This document shows, in pieces, positions 12,928 through 24,421 of a DNA stretch of 43,285 nt (position 1 is its first letter; the number at the start of each line of letters is the position of its first letter). The notes under the pieces were generated by a model. The model saw nothing but the letters and a program-made list of their open reading frames with translations. It was not told the origin of the DNA and searched no databases. A program made the translations under genes and the position numbers. This stretch comes from Blastocystis sp. subtype 4 (lineage: Eukaryota), in assembly GCF_000743755.1 (NCBI RefSeq), contig NW_014569377.1, forward strand, positions 1-43,285, written 5' to 3'.

Positions 12928-14067
12928 TCATTCTCTCCACCTCTTTCCACAGGCCATACATTCAATGAATACTGTCATAGGCTCATCAGCACTTCGTGTT
13001 TGCTTTTGTTGATATTGTGTTTTATCCGAACCACAACGACGACACCTGAAACCGCCACTGAAATGGTCCATCATGTGTGTTTTAACCCAGTTGGTTTGGG
13101 AAGCCTCGAACATCTCCTCTTTGATCATGTCACGCTACAAATCACAATCTCTTCTCTCTCTCACTTCTTTCTTCACTTCATCACTCATCATCTCATCGGT
13201 GCTCATATGAGCCAAACGAGAAGGTAATACATCTCTGCAGATAACAAGACTTAGCAGATGCTTGTTGTTGCCAAGATTGAACCGAATGTCTCTAAATCTC
13301 TTTCTGTATTCGTCACTGATGTTTGCATCTTTATTGTATGCATCATTCAGGGCATTTTCCAATTCACCGATCATCTTAACTAAGGACGACTTCTACAGAT
13401 AATTTCGATTCACTATTCTAACCGAAAAGCCCAGATCGGCAATGCTATCTTGAAAATCGTTATATAAAAGGTTACGGAACTTCTTCCGTGTTGGATGTAA
13501 CGAACTAGAGTTTAGCCTATTGTTAATGCAGAGATGAACAGTAACATAGCGTCAATCTGTGAGGGGGTTAACTCTTCTACAGGCGGTTTCACCTCTCTGG
13601 GAGAAGGCAACTGAATGACTTCTGACTTAGGGCTCTTGGTTTCTGTTTCTACAGGAGTTGTCGGTGTGGAACTATGTTTCAGATATCTCATGAGCAATAC
13701 GCTTCAGAACTCTCCTTCCTAAGCAGTTTAGTTACATCATCTTTCCACTTGGCAAGGAGATCCCTAGACTAAAGAACACAAACAACTCAAACGCGCATTT
13801 CTTCTGAAGGGATGCATCACCCTTTACAGTTTCACTCTTAGAGTGCTTTGTTTTCTTGAGTACTGCCACCATTCCTGTACTCTACAACTCAGTACTTTCA
13901 CATGAAAATACTTTAAGAATAGGTAAGGTCACGGGAAAGGAATACAACTGGTCCAGAATTTCATTCAAACGCTGGATGCTCTATCAATGACTGTCTTTTC
14001 CTTCAGTCATTACTCCCTCTTCTAAGGCCTTCTCATAGTCCTTTTTTATCAGGTTGAGTTCCTCCAT
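12928..14067 (-). CDS. TFIIS: Transcription elongation factor TFIIS
   Basis: N-terminal TFIIS-N-like LLAKWK, central YRKRFRDIRFNL, C-terminal zinc ribbon CRRC...QTRSADEPMTVFIECMACGKRW. Confidence 0.92.
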
Positions 14068-14122
14068 CCACTTTCTTGTAAGAAAATTGGTGACTCTTTA
14101 AGTTGAAACAAACAAACCGAAG

Positions 14123-14600
14123 TTATAGTACTTGTTCAACAGCACGTTCCAAAACGACATTCACCTCATCTTCTGTATATGTCTGTACAACTAAAATGAT
14201 ATCTTCTGTTTTCCCATTGAATGTGTGAGAAAGGGTAAAACAACCCACATTGCGCAACTCGATTGTTGTCAGACCGATAAGAGTATTTTTGAAATCTTGA
14301 ACCTTGCATTTATCCATTCACCCATTCGTACATGAAGAATGACAGATTGGGATTCATTCTGTCGAGATACCTATAAATTACATATACAGTAAAAGCAAAC
14401 TGTACACTGTCGTCTCTTTTCCCGAAAGATAATGTCTGGTGTGTACTAATCATAATGACACTATAACACACAGCTACATAAATATCCCAATCAGTATTCA
14501 TTTCTTCATCTGTTAATGGACTTTCATATTCAATCGTGAAGGTGATGTCGTCATCGAGTTTTGCATACTTCTTATCACTTTGAATTCTCACAATTCGCAT
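14123..14600 (-). CDS. Small hypothetical beta-rich protein, possibly ASF1-like fold (3 introns)
   Basis: Consistent spliced frame through three ~30-nt GT-AG introns to a TAA followed by the GU element; only a weak pattern resemblance to ASF1. Confidence 0.6.
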
Positions 14601-14702
14601 TCCTAGTCTGACAGTTTCTGTCTTAAACTTCAACAAGAAATAATAACTGAGAATACTCAGTAATCAATTAAGAATGATTGTGTATCGATGAACAAACAGA
14701 AG

Positions 14703-15486
14703 AAGAATGAAACAAAGCAGTAGGAAGATATGGACCGAGAATATGCTCAACAATATCAAAAACATGTTGGGTGAGCAGCAAACTTACAGCAAAACCTATC
14801 AACACACCTCCAAATGTGTCTCCAATCCAGTGGGCTCCATAATAAACTCGTCCAAACATTGTTGGAATTGGTAGCAGAAACACTCCTTTCCACCTATATA
14901 ATTTGTAAAGAACTCCAGCAGCAATTGCAGCCTATCATTAAATGGAAATAGTACTACCCACTTGGGCACTATCACCTGATGGGAAGGCCGGATTGGATAC
15001 GTCATCTCGAATAGGAAGAACACGATCCGCAGTGGACTGTTTCCGAGGTCGTTCTCGTTGTACAAGATACTTCAATGGTTCTGTGATCATAACACACAAA
15101 AGGCTAAACTCTAATAATGAAGGCTCAGTTGTTACCAAGATAGACTGAAGAAACAAGCAGTGTGAATTTGGAAGAAAAGAAACGAAGCGGCAATGAGATA
15201 CGGAACTACATGTCTACCAAACAGCATCGTTGGAATTGCTAGATAGTACTCAACAGTTGGTGAAAGCTGTAATCTACAGAACACCAAATAATAGAGAATC
15301 ACTGTTGAATTCGCTTGCTCCAACGTCTGTCCCACTCATTTAACTTGTGAAACACTACTTGCATGTCACTTGCTACTAGATCCGACGACGAATGATGCAT
15401 ATTGTGATGAAGAGGTCATCGACACGACTTTTCAGCACGCCTTCTAATTTTGGTTGTGATACAATCTCCGTTTCATTAGCAATCAT
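14703..15486 (-). CDS. PAP2-family membrane phosphatase; stop probably created by polyadenylation at 14703 (genomic TAA otherwise at 14668)
   Basis: C1 KYLVQRERP, C2 FPSGDS, C3 GRVYYGAHWIGD, several TM segments; start approximate. Confidence 0.8.
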
Positions 15487-15587
15487 TTGGTTGAACAACT
15501 ATTACAAATGCGAATTGACAGAAATCGGGTCGAAATAGGAGACGAAAGAAGGATTAAACAATTGTGTGATACTACTATCCTCTAGTC

Positions 15588-17006
15588 ATGAATGATCCAT
15601 CAGTTGTACAATTAGCTGTATATGACCTGAGTCGAGGAATTATAAAGTCTTATGGTTCTTCTCTATTAGGCATTGATGTTGAAGCAATCTATCATACTGG
15701 TGTTCGTGTTTATGGATACGAATACTTCTTTTCAAACGGAATTCAGAAGATGACACCTGAAGATGTAGAGACATGATTATTTTGTTGTAATTATAGGTGG
15801 AACTTTATTTCAACATGGTGCCATTCAAAATAGTTCCTATGGGAGAGACTGAAGTTCCGGAAGAAATCATTGACAGTTTTATTGTCGAAAACAACGACCG
15901 CTTTAGTGAAGAGACATATGATCTTCTCAAACATAATTGCAACAATTTTTCGGATGAATTGGTATTCTTCCTCACCAGCAATCATATTCCTGCAGAAATC
16001 TTAGATCTTCCAAATGTATATTGAATGAAAACAAGTTCATTCTTAGAAACTTGTCTCCACATCCTTAGGACAGAAAATTGTACCTATGTTGGAAATGTGG
16101 GGTGTTACGAAAGCAACTCCTTTGTCGAAAGCTGATCATGAGCTGCGTCCTGATCTTGTTGAATTCGACTCTAGGATAGATCAACCACTTCAACCTAAAT
16201 CTGCAATGAGTCTTTCCTCTATGAACATTTGGATCCGTCATCATACGGATGAAGCCTTAGCAGATGTGAGACAATTTTGCCGTCAAGGTACAGAAGAGAC
16301 AGCAGAATTGGAGAAATGTTGTCTCTATCTCTATGATAAAGCGAAAAAGCGAGAATTATCATTTTTTGGGCTCAAGAAGGCAACAACAATTTTAGCCCAG
16401 AAAGCGAAGGATCCACAGTGGGAAGACCCTCTCTTTAAGATGTTATTGTTAGTAATACGCAACCTTGAAATGGCTTCAGGTTGTGTCTCTACATACGGAA
16501 TACACTCAGAAACGTTATTGTGTTCTGTTTGCTCTCAGTTCAAGCAACTGAGTGTGGATCCAGAGTGTCCTGAAAGCCTTCAAGAGATTGCATTAATCTG
16601 TCTGGCAACACTTTGTGGCTCTGTTATGTTGGTTGACATGCTTCAGAAAAGAGGCGTTCTTGTCAGTCTGCTAAAGGATTTGACACTTGATACAAGTATG
16701 AGGAAGGACTTGCGTGTGATTCATGCTGCAATTATGAGTAATATGTGTAAAGGAGTTCATGTTAGTTATGAAGGATGTGATGCCAGTGATGAGTGTATTA
16801 TGCTATTGAATAAACTGAGTGATGGGATTCTGGAAGAGACCTGTAAAGAGGTTTTGGATCAGCGAATCTGCGGGCTCTATCTTTTGCTAATGAGAGGAGG
16901 AGATACAGAACATCTGATGATTCAAGCTCAAGGAATTGGGAAAGACTCGGCTCCAGTGATTACAGATTGTGATGTAAAATGGAATGAATTGATACGGTTA
17001 TTATAA
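15588..17006 (+). CDS. PPPDE/DeSI peptidase (desumoylase/deubiquitinase) with helical C-terminal domain
   Basis: VQLAVYDLSRG, catalytic IYHTGVRVYGYEYFF and YDLLKHNCNNFS; long helical C-terminal exon. Confidence 0.88.
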
Positions 17007-17035
17007 GTGAGTTGTCATTCATTGTTTGTTAGAAA

Positions 17036-18057
17036 ATGTCCCTTGGATTTCTGACAGAATCGGCTTTAATCCCAAAGAAGTCAAAAGAAATCAAAGTTGA
17101 TAAGAGTATTGTAAGGGTTCTGGCTCGATCTCACTTCCAAGGTAGTTGGACTGAAATCTGTAATTGCCCAACAAGAAAGAAAGCAGGATGAAGAAGATTT
17201 ATCATTAAATCCTCGGAAAGTAATCCTTTGCTGCAATTAGTGATCTTGTAGCGAACTCGTAAAGTAACAAATCCCAAACCTGAAAAGAAAAGTGACCGTA
17301 ACCCTGGAATTGATGAACGGATACGAAGAGATGAGGAAGAAGTGAAAAGTGACTCCATGAAGGAAAAGCTTCGGAAACTAGAAGAAAAGGCCGAGTTATT
17401 TCACAAAATGCAACGTGGTAGGAATATTACAGAATGGATGAGGAATAGGTGAAGTGGAGATTGATGAGGAGAATACAATGATTGACTTCAATCGAAGAAA
17501 ACAAATGTTTGAATTTTATGATATCCCAATGAGAACAGAAGATGTCAAAAAGGAAGAGCCTCCATTGGTTGATGGAGTGCGTGATCGATATTATGAGATG
17601 TTAAATAGTCCCCATAAGCCAGATGAAGTGTTAATCGAAGATGAGTTTGGTCGATTGCGGTGGGTGAAACACGGAAGTGTTGATCATATGAATAATATTG
17701 GAAGTTCCTATCGTATTCGAAAACAAATGCAAGGAGGTTTGGAGAATGTGGAAGAGAAGAAGCCAACAAGCAGTATATTTTGTATTTGTGATGTAAGGAA
17801 TAGAAGCAGCGAGAGTGAAGATGACATGGGAGAATCGGCTTCAAGGCAGCGAACGAGACTTTTTCGTTGAAATCGATGTATTAGAATGAGTGGAAGATAA
17901 TGCATTAGAGGAAAACAGAGGAATTAAAGAAGAAGAAGCTTCAACAGAAGGAACAACCAGTACGTACGAATGAAGGTGTTTAGTATAGATACCAAAATCA
18001 GAACGAACAGTTTCAAGGAAAGAACTTGCAGAAGATATGCTACGGTCACTTCTCTAA
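17036..18057 (+). CDS. CCDC174/DUF4078-like coiled-coil protein
   Basis: MSLGFLTESALIPKKSKEIKV, KLEEKAELFHKM, IEDEFGRLRWVK; spliced to TAA at 18055-18057. Confidence 0.65.
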
Positions 18058-18065
18058 CAAACATG

Positions 18066-19884
18066 CTAATCACATTTGTTTCTTCCATAATCAAATAGAG
18101 AGGTCACTTGTTTCACTAGTACCAGGATCTGCTGACATAACTTCTGATCAAAATCATAATTCCGCTCTTTCACTTCCTCACCAGAACTCACAACATGTTC
18201 TTTCTCCTCATTCAATTCTGCTAGTGAATTAACAATCCGATTTTTCATTGCAATAAGAATCATTTTCATTTGTCTCTTCTTCTCTTCAGTTGATGTCCGA
18301 ATTAGATGAGATTTTGCATATGCATTTAACACATCAATAATTTGAGCGAAATCTACAGTAACAAATGTGATTCATTCTTACACCCTAAGCGTTCTGGAGT
18401 CGTTAATATGTGTTCAAACTGACTCATTTCACTCTCTTGATCAATTGTGGTAAACATGAGTCTCCAAAAACATGAATAGAATGACTGAGATGGTAAAGAG
18501 TCACAGAGGACTCTTCGAATTGTAGGAACCTGATTAAAATAACAGAAGCATTGTTCACTCTTCAAATCAGACACCATACTAATCCCTACTCGAACACATA
18601 GCTCAAAAACGAAGTGCTGTGTGGCAAAAAACAGATCGGAAGAGGGATTAGTCGAAGTAAGAATCTGCATGTAAACAGAACCAAAAACCTACGGAGCACA
18701 CCAGTTGAGGGATGTTGATGGAGAAGAGATCCATCACATCAGAAGGTTTGATTTCAGCAGTGATATCGAGTAGACGCATGAAAGAGATAACGAGAGCTAA
18801 TGACTCTGGATTGTCTTTGTGGTGAATGAACTGTTCATAGATGAATGGAGTAATCTCGATGATCAACTGAGTCGTAGTGGCTGTGAAGGTACCAAGAATA
18901 TCTGAAGTGGCATCCACTAACAATTCTACTATGAACAATATGATAAGACAATACCCTGAGATGAGCCAATCGAATGGAGAACACTCACAGACATCATACT
19001 GTACTCAAGAAACCATTCCTGATGACATGATGAAGACGTATCTGAGAGCTGATGGAAGAAGAATAGAATAATCTCAGCAGAGTCCTGGATATGTGTAGGA
19101 TGAAGCAGAACGTAATCGAGAAGAAAGAGGAAGAGTTCAGGCCACAATTGAGCCAACGAAGAACTTAATCTGTAGGTAACAGCAGCAAAGAGAGAATACG
19201 GGACTGATAAGAGATGAGATGCTAAAGATTGGAATCGTTGAGAAAACTCAACTGTATGAGAAAACGAGGTTCCCATTTCCTTTGCTGAACTACTGTTCAG
19301 TTTGGAAATGAGATAATGAATTGATGATTCGACATCTACGAATCATCACATCTCTTCAACCTCACTATTACCCTTATCTAATTCTTTAAATAATCGCTTC
19401 TGTTCCTGTTCAGGACAAGATTTACACAAGCATACATACGGAATCATAAAATACACTATGAAGGCAATATCACACAGTAATTCCTTCATTTCAGTTTTTT
19501 CTAATTCACTAAAAGTTGAAAATTGAAGTAACTCATACTTTCCGATCAAGTACTCCAGCCCATTTAAAAAGTCGATGGATAGGAGAAAATAGTCAGGAAA
19601 CACAATATCACCGGATTTCTGCGTAACTACTGTCATCAAATCATCATGTAACGCTTTCACTCCCATTTGACTGACTACCGGATATGAAAATGTCATAGAT
19701 TCGAAACTATAAATCAATACTAAGAAACGAATTAGTACGTCCCACTTGGAGTATCTTCGTAGGATTGAACATTACTATTATTACGCAAACACTCAACAAA
19801 CTCTTTGACAAAATCGTTTCGATTCATCATCAAGTTGTAAGCATTAATTGTTCTTGTCAGTCTCATAATCTCTGTGAATCTCAT
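18066..19884 (-). CDS. Hypothetical helical/ARM-like protein, multi-exon
   Basis: Chain of minus-strand ORFs joined by ~30-nt GT-AG introns; ends TAG followed by a TGTTTGTT element. Confidence 0.6.
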
Positions 19885-19967
19885 TTTTATGCAGAGTTCA
19901 ATCTTTGCGAAGCGCCAGGCTACGCTTCCTGCACAGACTCCTGATTGGGTTTTTGTTACACTCTACC

Positions 19968-21125
19968 ATGTTATCATTTGTAGTCTCCACCGTCGGTTGT
20001 TTCTATTGACTTCGTTGATTTGCAAATCTATGGAGTTATCCTTCTCTGCGGTGAATGGATATTGACGTTTGTATGGGTGTTTCATGATTTGTGGTATGTG
20101 ATAAATAGCTTGGAATTGTTTTAAATATGTTTCCTCATATGCGATTCAAAAGGATCTCTCTGTCGTGTAGAATCAGTCTGTGTCTTGTTTCGGTATGTTT
20201 CGAGCTATTGAAAGTGAGAAATCGTGTATTGGATAATGGTTAGTGTTCATATTCCATGTACGGGACAATCTTCTACTATCATTCTATTGTATGTTCATTA
20301 ACCAATATTATTGCCTCTGCTTTTGCTCTGTTGTTCAATCTGGGACCATTGTCTGTGTTGCGAGCAAATAATCGCAAAAACCTTATGCCAACCATTCCAG
20401 ACCTCTCAGAAGGTACTTTTAATTATATTATGTCGGTCACTTCCTTTGAAAAGAGTATATTTGGTCATAATTACCAATTTAGATCGAGCTGTTATTCATA
20501 TCAGTTTTATTCGATATCGATTGAAGATAGGCAGAAAGGCATTCAACTCGCTCATGCTAAAGCAGTATAAAGTCTCTCTTCAGCTCTATGTACTATCATT
20601 TCCACTTCTTCAGGTCTAGTTGAGTTTGATTGCCCAGCATCTCGAAGATGGGAACCTTGTTGCACGTATGATGATTGTCGTAGGAATAGGGACAGACTCT
20701 TATTTAACAGATTGATGACTATGGGTTTATTCGGAATTTCATTCCCCGCATCCCTTCTTCACTCTTCGTTTTAGGATACAGGAAGAAAGCTGATAAGAAT
20801 CTCACTCTCTTCGAATTTGTTTCTGTGGAGAATCGAGTATGGAATTGGAATGCATACAATGATAGGGTGATTCTCATGTAAGGTATTATTATGCTGATTT
20901 AGGATGCTTGGGATATAAATTGAATGATATGCAAAAGAAGTCGATTGCATGGCTGCTCTCCGAGATGAACGAATGTGTGGTTGTGCAGTTGAGAACGTAT
21001 GGATGATGATTTGTGTTTAAGATAGTTTTCGTGTTCAGAACTTTATCTTGGCCGGATTGTCAGAGAATGTACGAATGGCTACACTACATAATTCCTATCG
21101 GCGGCCACGACGGTGGGCTTTGTAA
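19968..21125 (+). CDS. Hypothetical multi-exon protein (5' end uncertain)
   Basis: ORF 20256-20570 plus downstream exons joined by GT-AG introns; last exon FRVQNFILAGLSENVRMATLHNSYRRPRRWAL-TAA followed by a GU tract. Confidence 0.45.
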
Positions 21126-21140
21126 TATGTTGTGTTTATT

Positions 21141-21984
21141 TCAAACATACGATGCTCGATACGTATTCTCTAGAGAATCCAATTGCACTTGGCAGGCTCG
21201 CTTCATTTCTTGTGCTCTTTGTCGATACTCTCCATCTAGTCGTTTCTTTTCCTCTTCGATGGACGTCCTAACTCGCGTCAAACGTTCTTCTCGCTCATGC
21301 TATATATGAATCTCAAAATTACCGAATACCGTGTATTGTTCATAGATGGTAGGGAATTCTGCACATTTTTTCATCATCTGATTGACTACATCATCAAAAC
21401 ACAAAAACACAAAGACTGTCTCTTCCAAGCGCAATGTAATTGGTAGCTGGAGTGATTGGAGCAATCTCAGATCTCATTACATCCATAAGTTCGCTCATGC
21501 CAGTATCAATACACGGATCTGCCTATAGATCGTTCTAATCGCATCTAATTGCCTACAAAACAGGTTTCATGAAACTTTGATGACAATTCCTTTGCACTAT
21601 CGCATCTCACTTCCATGTTAATGATAAGCGACTCATATGCTATGCATCATATTCCTTCTCTGATTGGCACCTCCTGAATATTTCTCTCTTGACTCTGCCA
21701 TTATTACTGAACATTCTGATCCAAAAGATCAAATATTCTATCTTCGAATTTCTGTTATCTTGGTCATCATAAAACCGAAAGGAATGAATTATTGACATCG
21801 ATCTGTATACTACAAAATGTTGCGATAGAACTATCATCTGTGATGTTGTTGGTTCATTTGTACTCTTATAATCCGTAAATAACAGATACAAAGGAAACAA
21901 CAGATTAGTATCGATGATTGGCGCACCAATTTCTTCGTGCATTATATGGTTCCGTTGGACCGTTAATACAATGTTGATCCTCAT
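21141..21984 (-). CDS. Hypothetical protein with C-terminal coiled coil (5' extent uncertain; could start at 21616)
   Basis: Spliced frame through four ~30-nt introns to HEREERLTRVRTSIEEEKKRLDGEY... Confidence 0.5.
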
Positions 21985-22124
21985 TATTCATTGAGCTTTT
22001 GTGTTTCTACACAAATTGTTAATTCAGCTAACTTGTTATGTATTTGAATCAGGAGAGGAAGTGTAAAAGTCAACAGAATCTCCGAAATTCTTATTCCTCT
22101 AGAGTTGTAGATGGAATATCAGGG

Positions 22125-23443
22125 ATGAGGGATGGAACAAGTGGAGTGACTGTTCGTAAGAGAACGTGTCGACCGATTTTGTCAGGTCAGATTCGTCGTA
22201 AGAGCCGTAAGTTTGTTGGATATTTGTTACGGATAGTGAATCTGATAACTGCTTCTGTTCATGCTGTCAAGTCTAAATCTGTATTGTATCCTGATCTTTG
22301 ATGATATGTAGAAAGAAATTCTAATGTTTATTTATGAACGAACTGGACATGATCAAGAATTCTCGAACTTAGATTATCTGTGTATTCGAGGACTCCTTAA
22401 AGATCACTTTATGCTTGTATACCCATCCATATGTTATTATCTGAATGGACGGGATGCAGAATTGGTTTCACAACTTCATTTGCTTGTCCAGTATTACGGA
22501 AACACTCCCTCCATGTGTTGCAGTATACTTCTTACAGTTATTGAGCAAATGAAGCAGTTGTCCATTATTACGGAGATTCAATTCATCAAGCTTAAATCAA
22601 TGAGTCAGGCAAGGTCTCCCAATATTCTGTCGTGTTATCGATCATTTCGGGAAACTGACTCTCTTACATCATTTCAGAAGGATCTTCTTCATCTAGTCAA
22701 AGCAGATCCTCTTGGACCCCCTGCGTTTTCCCTTCGGGAATCGCCTTCGCGTCTTAGTCTACTGGACTATCGACCTACTGAGATTGATTTGCTAAGCCTT
22801 CGTCTCCTCCTTGCTATGGACAATGCAGAACTGTCGAACCAAGATGTGTTGTGCTTGTTTCAACTGTGTGTGCAGGATCCTCATTACATTAAGCAATTCC
22901 TATCTATTCCAACTCTTTCAACAGATGTAGTGAAACCCATGATTTACACAAAAGTCCCTGATATCTCTTTACGAGAACTCATGGGCATTTCGGATCTATA
23001 CCCAGAACAGGAAATCCAACTACTTCTACAGTCTTTGTGCAGGGCATCTCGATTTAGTGTAGTGAACTATTCAGAACTTATCTCCATGTGCAAAAGGAGA
23101 TCAATTTCCTTGTACTATTGCTATTCGCGTTATGTAGTTACATTAAGTCAATCTCTATTTTTATCTCTATGTATGATATGCTTGAAACGAGAGGGGAAAG
23201 AAGTGGCAGAAGTGGTAAACGAGGAACGAACATGTTTGCCTGTTGAGCGTCATGAGACAATCCTCCAGACATTAGTATCTCAAGGATATTTAAATGAAAG
23301 TGAAGCGTGGGTGATTGTGAAAGAATACATGCAAGATGAAACAAGCGTAGTTCGACAAGCCTTTGCTGTATATGATGCCAGAGAGGACTTCGAGGAATTT
23401 GCATTTGTTATTAAGAAAATGGCAGTATTGTATACTATGAATT
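22125..23443 (+). CDS. Hypothetical protein; stop probably created by polyadenylation at 23443 (genomic TAA otherwise at 23460)
   Basis: 378-codon open frame 22324-23460 preceded by short exons; no recognised domain. Confidence 0.6.
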
Positions 23444-23457
23444 GGTGTGTTTGTTGT

Positions 23458-24373
23458 TAATTGTGTGATGATAGTTCTTCTTCTTCGAAGACATCAAGAG
23501 TGTTCGTTTGGATTCCAAGAATCCAGTTCTCAATCCTTACTAGATAAGAAGACTCATTATCGTGTTTGTTCAACTTATCAACAATATCCCTTTTCATTCT
23601 CTTTCATGACCTATCACTCCAAGTCCAGTCGAAAGGAACTAAAACAGCCCATCCCCTTCGCTCCAACACCTCTCCGAATTCCTTCTCTCAGAAACCAAAC
23701 AACCTCCTTTCCTCTATTAATCACATCTCTACGACGATCTCATCGTTATCAAATCTCTCAAATCCTATCTGCCTATCCTACTGCTCTTGCACAACCCCTT
23801 CTCGAAGTAACTCTATCCTTTTCCTTTCATTCTAGATCCAATCTATTGCCATTCCTTCATCCACTCTTCATGGAAACGAATTCAGGTATACACTCTTTAC
23901 TCCACTTTCATACAGATGTACCCATTTCATGCTCTTTCAAGGTCATGATGGATCTCAACAACAATACAACACTCCACACACCAATAACCATTCTTCAGAA
24001 GGCTTTCAACTCCTCCTTTCTCCCGACAACAATCTTCCTATTATTCCTGTATCAATTCATATCAACTTCTATATAGGAACAACACCTTGGCTCTTCTCGC
24101 TTCTTCAACTTTCCAAAAGCAATTCCAACTAAACCATTTCTCTCGATGTCTCCAGAACTATATACATTCATTCATTCCACTAGAATCAATTTCTTTTCAC
24201 TTCTTTCTTTCTACTACACTTTCCATATTCATTCACTTCATATCATTTACCAAATTCGAATTCAATGAATCATTATCATTATTCCTAAGAAGGAAATGAG
24301 ATAATGAAGAAGAATGATTTGTTTTGATAATCAAGATTGGTGAATAACTGTACGATTGTTGGTTTTCGCTCAT
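23458..24373. other. Probable coding segment, strand unresolved
   Basis: Plus strand has a 209-codon L/S/P/F-rich ORF; minus strand is purine-rich, with an ATG at 24373 and a protein-like terminal frame ending TAA at 23458. Confidence 0.3.
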
Positions 24374-24421
24374 TTCTCCACAGATAAGACAAGAACAAAG
24401 AATTGAGATTGTGGAATCAAT

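Noticed and set aside
21030..21125. GC-richer stretch with TGGCCG...CGGCCA that looked like a structured ncRNA
   Set aside because: It splices in frame (phase-2 GT-AG intron) as the last exon of the upstream hypothetical gene and ends in TAA plus a GU tract
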